The notes: generated by a model from the sequence alone, not told the origin. 64,000 nt of DNA from Clostridia bacterium (GCA_045586685.1 JAZNAU010000020.1:1-64000), one strand, 5' to 3'. Shown: positions 1 through 8,079, counted from the stretch's first letter. Made by a program: numbers and translations.

Positions 1-16
1 CCTTCTTTCTACAGCA

Positions 17-199
17 TTCAGCATCATTCGACACAATTCCTACTCGTGTCAAGTCAGGAGAACAGTGAATATTAGGACCTACTATTTTTATCCAATTTTT
101 TCAACTGTTATTTCTGAACAAAATTCTTTAGAACCCGCGAGAATACTGGATTTTCTCGCTCCCGATGATATATGTAAATATAATAAATCGGCAAACTAT
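17..199 (-). repeat. Structured intergenic repeat, copy 1 (~183 bp)
   Basis: Shares TTCGACACAATTC..CGTGTCAAGTCAGG.GAACAGTGAATA.TAGGACCTACTA...AGAACCCGC...ATATGTAAATA...ATCGGCAAACTA with copies at 4572 and 6901. Confidence 0.92.
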
Positions 200-218
200 T
201 CTTTTAAATTGTATAGAC

Positions 219-247
219 TTGACACGAGGGTTTTTAGGCCATATAAT
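219..247 (+). promoter_or_regulatory. Consensus sigma-A promoter pointing antisense into the KilA-N gene
   Basis: TTGACA (219-224), 17 bp spacer, TATAAT (242-247). Confidence 0.6.
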
Positions 248-254
248 TGAAAAT

Positions 255-1055
255 TTATTTCAAATACTTATGTCCCTTGTCCTCTTGAAGAACAGACATT
301 TGGTGTATTGCTATCTGATTAAGTTTTGTCAATCTTTCGCTTTGAGGAACACCTTCGTTTATTAACATTGCGTTTATGTTTTCTAAATTAGATAAGCATA
401 TTAATTCATTCATACTTGCATAATCTCTTATATTTCCTTTTTTGTCAGGATTTTCGTTTCTCCACTCTTTTGCAGTTTTTCCAAACAATGCCATGTTTAA
501 GACATCAGCTTCATCAGCATATACTACAGAGATTTGCTTGGGCGTAAGTAGCTCCGGAATCAAATTGTTTTTAATCGCATCTGTATGTATTCTGTAGTTA
601 ATTTTTGCAAGTTCTCTTTTCGCAGACCAGCCGATTTGCTTTTGCTCATCATTTTTCAATCTTTGAAATTCTTTAACAATATATATTTTGAATTCTGGAC
701 TGATCCACATTGCAAACTCAAAAGCAATGTCCTTATGAGCATAGGTTCCGCCATATCTTCCAGCTTTCGCTGTTATTGATATTGCATTTGTCTTCTCTAC
801 AAATTCCTTAACACTTATTTTGAAACTATTTAACCCTGAACGACTTGTTAATTCTTTAAATTCATCGTAATTGAAATTAGGATTGTAAACCTTTTCCCAA
901 GTTCCTATATACTCTAAAGTATTTCTATTTCTCAACCAGTCTGTAACAAAAAAATCTCCATCTTTTGCCTTAAGCATATCCGTTATACAAATATAGTCTT
1001 CGGATTCTATCTGTGTAATTGTTATTTCCGTATCTTTTACAATTAACTTTTTCAT
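255..1055 (-). CDS. KilA-N domain DNA-binding protein
   Basis: 266 aa; DYICITDM..WLRNRNTLEYIGTWE..GRYGGTYAHKDIAFEFAMWISPEFK motifs typical of KilA-N proteins; GGAGG RBS. Confidence 0.88.
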   Translation of the reverse strand: MKKLIVKDTEITITQIESEDYICITDMLKAKDGDFFVTDWLRNRNTLEYIGTWEKVYNPNFNYDEFKELTSRSGLNSFKISVKEFVEKTNAISITAKAGRYGGTYAHKDIAFEFAMWISPEFKIYIVKEFQRLKNDEQKQIGWSAKRELAKINYRIHTDAIKNNLIPELLTPKQISVVYADEADVLNMALFGKTAKEWRNENPDKKGNIRDYASMNELICLSNLENINAMLINEGVPQSERLTKLNQIAIHQMSVLQEDKGHKYLK

Positions 1056-1072
1056 ATAGTATAACCTCCGAT

Positions 1073-1102
1073 TTTAATTATGGCGAATTCGCCATAATTA
1101 AA
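1073..1102. promoter_or_regulatory. Perfect 30-bp palindrome, candidate operator upstream of the KilA-N gene
   Basis: TTTAATTATGGCGAATTCGCCATAATTAAA is its own reverse complement; lies 18 bp upstream of the start codon. Confidence 0.65.
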
Positions 1103-1160
1103 TTGTTTCACATCATTTGTTTTAACAATCTTCAAAATATCTTTTATTAAGTTCTGCAAA

Positions 1161-1799
1161 CTAATTTATTAAATCTTTTTCATTATATTTTAACGCATTT
1201 CTTACCGTTTCTAAAGCTTCCAAAATGTGTTCTTTTGCATATTCGTCAGCAAATTTTTCTGAAGGATATTTTGAATAAATTTCTTCGTTGTATTTTTCTC
1301 CCAGAATTCTCTTCATAGGATCACAATCGTTCATTTCATATATTTTTTTAAGTAATTCTTTATGTGGTTGACGAATTTTTCTTTCCATCTCGCAATATTC
1401 ATATGATGTTTTTTTACTATTCTTAAAATATATCCAATGTCCATATTCATGCAACACACTATAAATTGCTAGTACCAAGGAATACTCTTTTATATAAACT
1501 CTTGTTATGTAGCTTATTTCATTCATACGACTTTCAATAGCCATAGGATTTCTATTTCTTTCAAGTTGCAAATATTCTTCAATGTCTACATCCGGGAAAT
1601 ACAATCCCAAATCTTCATTATTATACTTTTTCTTCTGATCATGTGTACCCTTAATTAATGCATTTTTTTCTTCAACTCCCATAATTTTGCATAGAACATA
1701 GTTCTCTTTATTCAATTCATTTCTATTTGTAAAATGCACAGGAGCATCTATATTTAAAATGTCTATAAGCTTTTTGAAATCAATAGAAATATTTAACAT
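1161..1799 (-). CDS. Hypothetical HEXXH protein (ImmA/IrrE-like metallopeptidase candidate)
   Basis: 212 aa; VLHEYGHW motif plus downstream PSEKFADEYA. Confidence 0.55.
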   Translation of the reverse strand: MLNISIDFKKLIDILNIDAPVHFTNRNELNKENYVLCKIMGVEEKNALIKGTHDQKKKYNNEDLGLYFPDVDIEEYLQLERNRNPMAIESRMNEISYITRVYIKEYSLVLAIYSVLHEYGHWIYFKNSKKTSYEYCEMERKIRQPHKELLKKIYEMNDCDPMKRILGEKYNEEIYSKYPSEKFADEYAKEHILEALETVRNALKYNEKDLIN

Positions 1800-1948
1800 T
1801 AGTTTATTTCTCCCTTTTGTTAGCTCTTTATAGATAAAAAGTTGTTTTGATTCAATTTTAATATATATAACAACACCTTCAAATTATATCAATTTCCAAT
1901 TTCGTTAATCCTTATTTATCCAAAACTTTTTCCATATAGCAGAAAAAA

Positions 1949-3658
1949 TCAATCAATTATTTCAATTCGCATTGACGGTCTCACACCTCTATCATCTGCA
2001 TCTACTGGGCATCCAAAATAATACTTATCATCTAATTGTCCGGATGCCCATACTTCACACGCTTCATCGGATTTAATATAATTACTATACTCACCTACTG
2101 GTTTACCGCCAGGTGTTCTTAACCACCACCAGCTACCTTTTCCTTCAGAATCATTTGCAACATCAGCAAATGGTGTGGCTAATATTTTTCTGTCTTTTTC
2201 TGTCGAGAAATATAATTTTACTTCATCGACTGAAAGCAAAAATAATCTATCTTCCGTGTCGTTTCCTGCCGTTGTTTTTTGTTCTTTATTATCTTTATTT
2301 TCTATCCTCGTCCACAAGATCTGTTCTTGCTCATCATCTGTAAATGCAGAATTAATAAACTCGTTATTTAACCATTCCCTAATAGATGAATCTTCCCATG
2401 TAATTGGTGCTTGTACATAGTGATATGGCTGAACATCTAATACATATTTACTTATAACAAACAATCTGTTTTCATCTCTTTCAAGCACTTGCCATTCAAC
2501 ATCTTCTTTCCCATTTGTAGCATTATTATCTTGTTCATATTTTCCAAATGTTATAAAGTCACCTGGTTGTGCAAGAATGGGATGTTCTTTTAAGATTTCA
2601 GTTATTTTACTTTGACTATCTTTATAATTAATAATTTCTTTATATGTTTCATATGCATCGCTATACTTTTCTTGCTCGTATAAATTTGTCGCTTTTTCGT
2701 ACTTTTGTTCTGGTACAACGACGCAATTAACAAATACTGCACCACTAATAACAATCAATAATATTGGTAACATAGCAATTGCAACCTTTTTATTTTTCTT
2801 TGCTTGTTTATCTGCTATTTTTTTCTCTTCAGCAGATTTAATATTTTCATTTTCTCTTTCTTCACAATATTTTTGATAAGTCTTACCAATGTTTTCTTCA
2901 GTAAATTCTAATGCAATCTCTTTTTTCATTGTGCATTGTATGCACTCGTCTCCGGCATTTACAAAGCCACAAGTACACTGCCAATAATTTTCTTTAAAAA
3001 TAGAATAATAATTTGATTGTAAATTATATTTTTTAGCACATTCAATATGTATAGACTCCAACAAATTTTGGTTTGTACTAACCCAATTTTCTTCAATAGT
3101 ATCTAATATTGTACCATCAGCAAAACAAACCTTTTTAACTTTGACTTCTACCTTACGTATAGCATCATCTTGCAATATAGCATAAATCTCTCCGTGTTCG
3201 TTAGGATTAATAGTTAAATCCTGACCTATCACATCAAAGAAATCAGAATCATTCACGTTAACTATATCACCAAACGAATTAAACCCTGTTGCAGAAATCA
3301 TTACCGCAGATATTGCTTTTGAAGATACATTAATAAAATCTACAAACAATACTAACTTTTCAGCATCTTTCTTTATTTCCCATGATGTAATATGGGCAGG
3401 TGAGGAAATATTAACTTGTTTGTTTAAGATTTCGCTTGAAAGTAATTCCATACTATCATTAGTCGGTGAAGAACTCTCGATTACAACTTTGGCTGTGTTA
3501 ACACTTTGTTTTGTTAATGCAACAATCAATGCGAATATACCAAAGAAAAATCCCCACCAAAACCAATTCTCTTCATAACCTTTATTCTCAATTACCTTGT
3601 TTACAACAACACCCCATATAATGCCACCGATTATTGTTCCAACTATAATATATCCCAT
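1949..3658 (-). CDS. Membrane protein with zinc-ribbon, TPR-like segment and C-terminal DUF6273-like domain
   Basis: 569 aa; N-terminal TM hairpin, WQCTCG..CIQC, TM helix, then FGKYEQD..VEWQVL..WEDSSIREWLN..WWWLRTPG..GVRP. Confidence 0.75.
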   Translation of the reverse strand: MGYIIVGTIIGGIIWGVVVNKVIENKGYEENWFWWGFFFGIFALIVALTKQSVNTAKVVIESSSPTNDSMELLSSEILNKQVNISSPAHITSWEIKKDAEKLVLFVDFINVSSKAISAVMISATGFNSFGDIVNVNDSDFFDVIGQDLTINPNEHGEIYAILQDDAIRKVEVKVKKVCFADGTILDTIEENWVSTNQNLLESIHIECAKKYNLQSNYYSIFKENYWQCTCGFVNAGDECIQCTMKKEIALEFTEENIGKTYQKYCEERENENIKSAEEKKIADKQAKKNKKVAIAMLPILLIVISGAVFVNCVVVPEQKYEKATNLYEQEKYSDAYETYKEIINYKDSQSKITEILKEHPILAQPGDFITFGKYEQDNNATNGKEDVEWQVLERDENRLFVISKYVLDVQPYHYVQAPITWEDSSIREWLNNEFINSAFTDDEQEQILWTRIENKDNKEQKTTAGNDTEDRLFLLSVDEVKLYFSTEKDRKILATPFADVANDSEGKGSWWWLRTPGGKPVGEYSNYIKSDEACEVWASGQLDDKYYFGCPVDADDRGVRPSMRIEIID

Positions 3659-3689
3659 ATCTCATACATCCTTTCATGTGTTAATTACT

Positions 3690-4542
3690 TTAATTCAAAA
3701 AATCTTTATTTATACTTCCTATTTCTTCTTTCAAGGATTTTTTCATTTCTTTAAACATCTTTTTCATATGTTTATTTAATTCATCGCCAACACTTTTGCA
3801 ATTGTATTTACTGAAATAATCCAACTGCTCAGAAAGAAACTTCGTAGTTTCTTCTACTAACTTATAACATTCCTGTTCCTCTTTTTGATCTATGAAATCT
3901 TCTCCCTCTATTGTAACAATGCTTTCAAACAACTTTGTATATACAAACAAAACTATTACGCGTACCAAAAATTCGTTAATCACATTATCGCAAGTATAAA
4001 GATCGTTTTGGTTTATATAGTAATATACCGTCGAAAAATTACAGTGAGCAAAATCACATAAAAATCCATATAAATCGTAAAAATAATTCTTATCTTTCCC
4101 TAGCTTCATGTCTGATGGGTTTCGTTGTATAAAATCTATGATTTCATTTTTATCTCTTGTTCTTGCATTTTTTTCCATCAAATATTACTTTTCTTTGAAA
4201 AATCATTTGCGGAATAAATATAAAATCATTTAGCAAAGAATCATCATATTCTTCATCAATATATCTGCTAGCTAAATATCCCTCAAACATAGTTCTTGAA
4301 AGAACAAAAACATCTTCAGTGTGACCAATATCCAATAGTTTCCTGATAGATTCGAGAGATTTAGTGCTTTTTGTAAAAACAAAATACTGAAAATCACTTA
4401 TAAAATTAGCATCAGGCATCTTACCTAAAACATAGTTGTATTTTCCATATTGAAAGCAACCATAGTCAATAAATTTTCTTGCCCTCAAAATATATCTATT
4501 TATTAATTTATCACACTTTTTAATCTCTTCTCGTTTATTCAT
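3690..4542 (-). pseudogene. Frameshifted DUF5677-like gene (two overlapping ORFs 4150-4542 and 3690-4181)
   Basis: Removing one base from the A7 run (T7 at 4168-4174) fuses the ORFs into ~283 aa; LSRTMFE and YGFLCDFAH motifs. Confidence 0.65.
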
Positions 4543-4571
4543 ACTGCAAATTTCTCCATTATTTTGTAGTT

Positions 4572-4723
4572 TTCAGCATCATTCGACACAATTCGAGTTC
4601 GTGTCAAGTCAGGTGAACAGTGAATAATAGGACCTACTATTTCACCCTAACATTTTTCATCAGAACCCGCAGGAATATTAGATTTCCCTGCCCGATATGT
4701 AAATAGATTTATCGGCAAACTAT
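4572..4723 (-). repeat. Structured intergenic repeat, copy 2 (~152 bp, shorter central segment)
   Basis: Direct alignment to 17-199 and 6901-7066. Confidence 0.92.
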
Positions 4724-4741
4724 GATATTAAATTTTAAAAC

Positions 4742-5596
4742 CTATTCTTCATCTTCTGCAATACTTTCAATCAAATCAACCACGACCTGATTTAGTTCAG
4801 CAGCATTTTTCGATGTAATTACTGGCTTGCCTGTATCTGCCTCAATTTCCTTTCGTGCATTACCAGCATACTTTCCGCCCCTTTTTGCAATTTCACGATT
4901 TTCTTCAAAAGTTTGCGGATTATGTGCTTTTGATAATTCTGTAGTTGTCGCTTCTGCAAGCATATTAAGTACTAGTTCAAGAGTGCTCATATTATCTCTT
5001 AAATTTTCTTTTGTAAGTCCTTTGAGGTTTTTATATTTTCTTGTTGTCATTCCTGACCAAGCTTTTGTGATTTCATCTGTTAGAATAGCATACTCTACAC
5101 CTTTTTGAACACCTCTTGCATCCCATTCATCTGTTAATTCTTTTCTTACCTTAATAGCTTGCAACCTTTGGTTTATCCACTCCCGTGTATAACCTTTTTT
5201 AAAATATGTTTCAAGTGCTCTTTCTATTGTAAGTTCAGGATCAATGGTTTCCTCAATTCTTTCTCTACCCACTTGTGCCAACCACAACTTAAAAGGTTCT
5301 GCTTTTGGAGAAGGAATTGACTGAATAATACGAAGTAGTTGCTCGGTGTCAGCTACATCTGTTTTGTAATATTTACCATCAGTATGTGATTTTAATTTCA
5401 GTTGACTACAATTTGTAGCCGACTCGTTTCCTTCTTTTTTTAGGCGAGTTTTAAGAACACTCCAATACTTTCTTGGATTTGGACTGTCCGTTAAAACACC
5501 AACTACATCAACAACAGAAAAATACCATTCTTCCACCTCTTCATTCCAAGCAGTTCTTATTCTTATATCTTCAAATATTTGTATTTTATCATCCAT
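4742..5596 (-). CDS. Bro-N domain (phage antirepressor-like) DNA-binding protein
   Basis: 284 aa; IRTAWNEEVEEWYFSVVDVV..YWSVLKTRL..RIIQSIPSPKAEPFKLWLA..ENLRDNM. Confidence 0.85.
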   Translation of the reverse strand: MDDKIQIFEDIRIRTAWNEEVEEWYFSVVDVVGVLTDSPNPRKYWSVLKTRLKKEGNESATNCSQLKLKSHTDGKYYKTDVADTEQLLRIIQSIPSPKAEPFKLWLAQVGRERIEETIDPELTIERALETYFKKGYTREWINQRLQAIKVRKELTDEWDARGVQKGVEYAILTDEITKAWSGMTTRKYKNLKGLTKENLRDNMSTLELVLNMLAEATTTELSKAHNPQTFEENREIAKRGGKYAGNARKEIEADTGKPVITSKNAAELNQVVVDLIESIAEDEE

Positions 5597-5668
5597 ATGT
5601 ATATCCCCCGTTTAGCTACTTTTTAACACTTTATCTGTATGAATATATCAAATTAAAGCCTAAAAATA

Positions 5669-6424
5669 TTATCCAACTATCTTTTCTATCATCGTTGCAT
5701 ATTTCTCGCCCAATTCTAACTCTATATCTACTTTCAATTCTCTTCTTACAGCTTTTTCTTCAGAATCTTTAATTGGATTATATCCTGTCTTTTCGATTTC
5801 ATCCCAATATATGCCTACCCCTCTTTTTTGCCAGGATGGTAATTTGTCAAAGTTAATTCCTCTTGAGAAAAGCAGTTCATTTTTATAAGATACAGACTTA
5901 CCCTCTAGAAGAGATGTAGCACTCTCTACACTTTCGCCTTCTTTTCTTAACATCCAATAGCAGTGTGCATTAAGTGCATTTCTATGTGCATCCTCTTGTC
6001 GCCACAGAAAATAATCCTTTACCAATTCAACATTTGGCAATGGTACCAATCTACAATCAAAAGCAACCGGTTGTCCTAACTCCAAGGAGAATGTTGCGCT
6101 TGCCATTCCAGCAAGAATAGAATTGTATTTACGAACTTTTCGGCCAAATGTATTCTCATTCCGATGAAACAGAAGGGAAATCTCATCACTCTCCGTATAA
6201 CCATAAATAATTCTGAATCCACAATCCATTAATCTCTTTACGGTTGCAATCATCATATTTCGAAATCTTTCATCAAACGGGGCTTCAAAATTACATGCTT
6301 CCTTAGTAAGTCGAGAAAAGTTTCTACCATCTAAACGAGCAACCAAATATAACTCGTTTAATACTGTTTGATCTATGGACTGCTCATATACTCGCATTTT
6401 TTTATCTAAATCATCAAATTTCAT
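5669..6424 (-). CDS. tRNA(His) guanylyltransferase Thg1-like protein (3'-5' polymerase)
   Basis: RLDGRNFS, YTESDEISL, FDCR and WRQEDAHRN motifs; start chosen at the ATG after a GGAG/AGGA RBS. Confidence 0.92.
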   Translation of the reverse strand: MKFDDLDKKMRVYEQSIDQTVLNELYLVARLDGRNFSRLTKEACNFEAPFDERFRNMMIATVKRLMDCGFRIIYGYTESDEISLLFHRNENTFGRKVRKYNSILAGMASATFSLELGQPVAFDCRLVPLPNVELVKDYFLWRQEDAHRNALNAHCYWMLRKEGESVESATSLLEGKSVSYKNELLFSRGINFDKLPSWQKRGVGIYWDEIEKTGYNPIKDSEEKAVRRELKVDIELELGEKYATMIEKIVG

Positions 6425-6428
6425 TTTC

Positions 6429-6875
6429 CTATCTCCAGTCTTCAACAATCATAATATTACCATCGTTTTTTACAAAGTAAAGTTCATCAAATCCCTCGTC
6501 GTATTCAGGGAGTTGAAGTTTGTTGGATGTAGCTGCAATTGCTTTTGCAGGGATACACGCTTTTCCCTCTCTTTTGTTATTTCGCTCGATACATTCCTTA
6601 ATCTTTGACTCCACAAAATAACCAACAATTCTGTAGCCTTCCTTTTTAGCTTGTATTATGTATTTCTTCCGTTCCTCTTTTGTTGGATTTGTGTTATCTA
6701 TTACAAAACTTTCTCTTGTTACAAAACATTCATTAATTGCCATTTGTTCTTGGTATCTTGTTTTTAACGTATCAAGATTAATCCTTTTATAATCTGCAAG
6801 AAAGTTTTGGCAAAAAGTGCTTTTTCCACTTCCTTGTATGCCAATCATTATTACAATTGTTTTTTTCACATACAC
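6429..6875 (-). CDS. AAA_33 / polynucleotide kinase-like P-loop protein
   Basis: GIQGSGKST Walker A, VIDNTN, ERNNKR and EGFD motifs. Confidence 0.85.
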   Translation of the reverse strand: MYVKKTIVIMIGIQGSGKSTFCQNFLADYKRINLDTLKTRYQEQMAINECFVTRESFVIDNTNPTKEERKKYIIQAKKEGYRIVGYFVESKIKECIERNNKREGKACIPAKAIAATSNKLQLPEYDEGFDELYFVKNDGNIMIVEDWR

Positions 6876-6900
6876 GCCACCTTTCGCAGTTATTCCACAA

Positions 6901-7066
6901 CATTCGACATAATTCGACTCGTGTCAAGTCAGGTGAACAGTGAATAATAGGACCTACTAAATTTTCCTTATTTTTTCAACTGTTTTTCTTTGAACAAAAT
7001 TCTTTAGAACCCGCAGGAATGTTATATTTTCCTGCCCAATATGTAAATATCAAAATCAGCAAACTA
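6901..7066 (-). repeat. Structured intergenic repeat, copy 3 (~166 bp)
   Basis: Direct alignment to copies 1 and 2. Confidence 0.92.
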
Positions 7067-7071
7067 ATGTA

Positions 7072-7896
7072 TTAAATTTTTCTAAGCACCCTACAATAGT
7101 ATGGTCTATCCTTAGGAGCTTCCTCGACAATTTCAAAAATACCATTGGCAATCATTTCATCTATTCTCCACGCCACAAAACTATCCGAAACACAAAGTTT
7201 ACACAAAGACTTACCTAGCAATTCCGCTTCTTTGAAAGTATCCGTCATCTTTTCTGACTCTACTTTAATAATAGAATCATAAAAATCCTCATGCACACTA
7301 ACTATTTCTCCCATAATAACTGTTCGCAATTGGGTATTTTCTTCTTTTGCTTTATGCCATTGCTTAATATGAGCTTCTTTATATGCTTTTGTTAATTTTC
7401 TTTGAGAAAACACCAATTGAGCAAGTTCTTCAGGATCAAACGCACCTGAACCAAAATATGTTTTATAATCTCCATTATTGAAAAGAATACTATTAGGCAA
7501 TTTTACATAAAAAATCTTTTCATTATCTATTCCCCAAGAATCCAACAAACAAAGCATCCAACAAAAAGCACATAATTCATCCGGATACTCACTATACCAT
7601 ATCCTAATTTCTTCACCAGATTTAGCAAGTTTTTCTAAACTCGATACAACTTTAATTGTTTTATCAAACCACTTTGCACGATATATAGTTTCACTTCCAC
7701 CTCCATACAAATTTGCGAATTCACTTCGTCTCTCCTTGCCAATTTCATCAAAGGATATACTACCCATACTCAAATTCATATATATTGAGTGTAGATTTGC
7801 CTTTAAATCTTGTATTTCGCTATTGTCCTGTTTCGCATAATAATCAGCCATTTTCAAACTTCCTGATAAAGAATCAGAAAAAGCAATATTTATCAT
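7072..7896 (-). CDS. DUF1835/DUF3658-like protein
   Basis: IAFSDSLSGSLK, LSMGSI, IRIWYS, EENTQLR, SVHEDFYD and SDSFVAWRI motifs; ATG at 7896 follows an AGGAG RBS. Confidence 0.75.
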   Translation of the reverse strand: MINIAFSDSLSGSLKMADYYAKQDNSEIQDLKANLHSIYMNLSMGSISFDEIGKERRSEFANLYGGGSETIYRAKWFDKTIKVVSSLEKLAKSGEEIRIWYSEYPDELCAFCWMLCLLDSWGIDNEKIFYVKLPNSILFNNGDYKTYFGSGAFDPEELAQLVFSQRKLTKAYKEAHIKQWHKAKEENTQLRTVIMGEIVSVHEDFYDSIIKVESEKMTDTFKEAELLGKSLCKLCVSDSFVAWRIDEMIANGIFEIVEEAPKDRPYYCRVLRKI

Positions 7897-7924
7897 AAGT
7901 ACACACTCCTCTTTTAACAATATT

Positions 7925-7960
7925 TTCGACACAATTCGACTTTTGTCAAGTCCGGTTGAA
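7925..7960 (-). repeat. Partial copy 4 of the intergenic repeat
   Basis: TTCGACACAATTCGAC.TTTGTCAAGTC.GG matches the gene-proximal end of copies 1-3. Confidence 0.8.
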
Positions 7961-7962
7961 AA

Positions 7963-8035
7963 TTTCAATGAATTAAATTATAAATTTCAATTCATGACGT
8001 AGGGCAATTCAATGAGTTTGCTTTGCAAACTTATT
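7963..8035. repeat. Degenerate ATGAATT/AATTCAT hairpin mosaic element
   Basis: TTTCAATGAATT, CAATTCATGAC and GGCAATTCAA words also occur in the element at 39655-39815. Confidence 0.5.
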
Positions 8036-8079
8036 ATAGAATCTTTGAACAATTCAGACGTCACATGCTTAGATATGAT

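Noticed and set aside
43-228. Copy 1 as a simple MITE with 13-bp terminal inverted repeats
   Set aside because: No target-site duplication, the right-hand inverted repeat is missing in the other copies, and homology extends beyond the left one. Not fully excluded.
65-365. Plus-strand ORFs 65-250 and 165-365
   Set aside because: They overlap the repeat or the KilA-N gene, lack an RBS, and the frame is not kept in the other repeat copies.
17-7066. Repeats as classical integron attC or Xer dif/pdif sites
   Set aside because: No RYYYAAC..GTTRRRY ends. ATATGTAAATA resembles only one arm of a Firmicute dif site and the other arm is absent.
17-7960. Repeat array as CRISPR
   Set aside because: Repeats are 150-185 bp and separated by 0.9-4.4 kb of genes; no cas genes seen.
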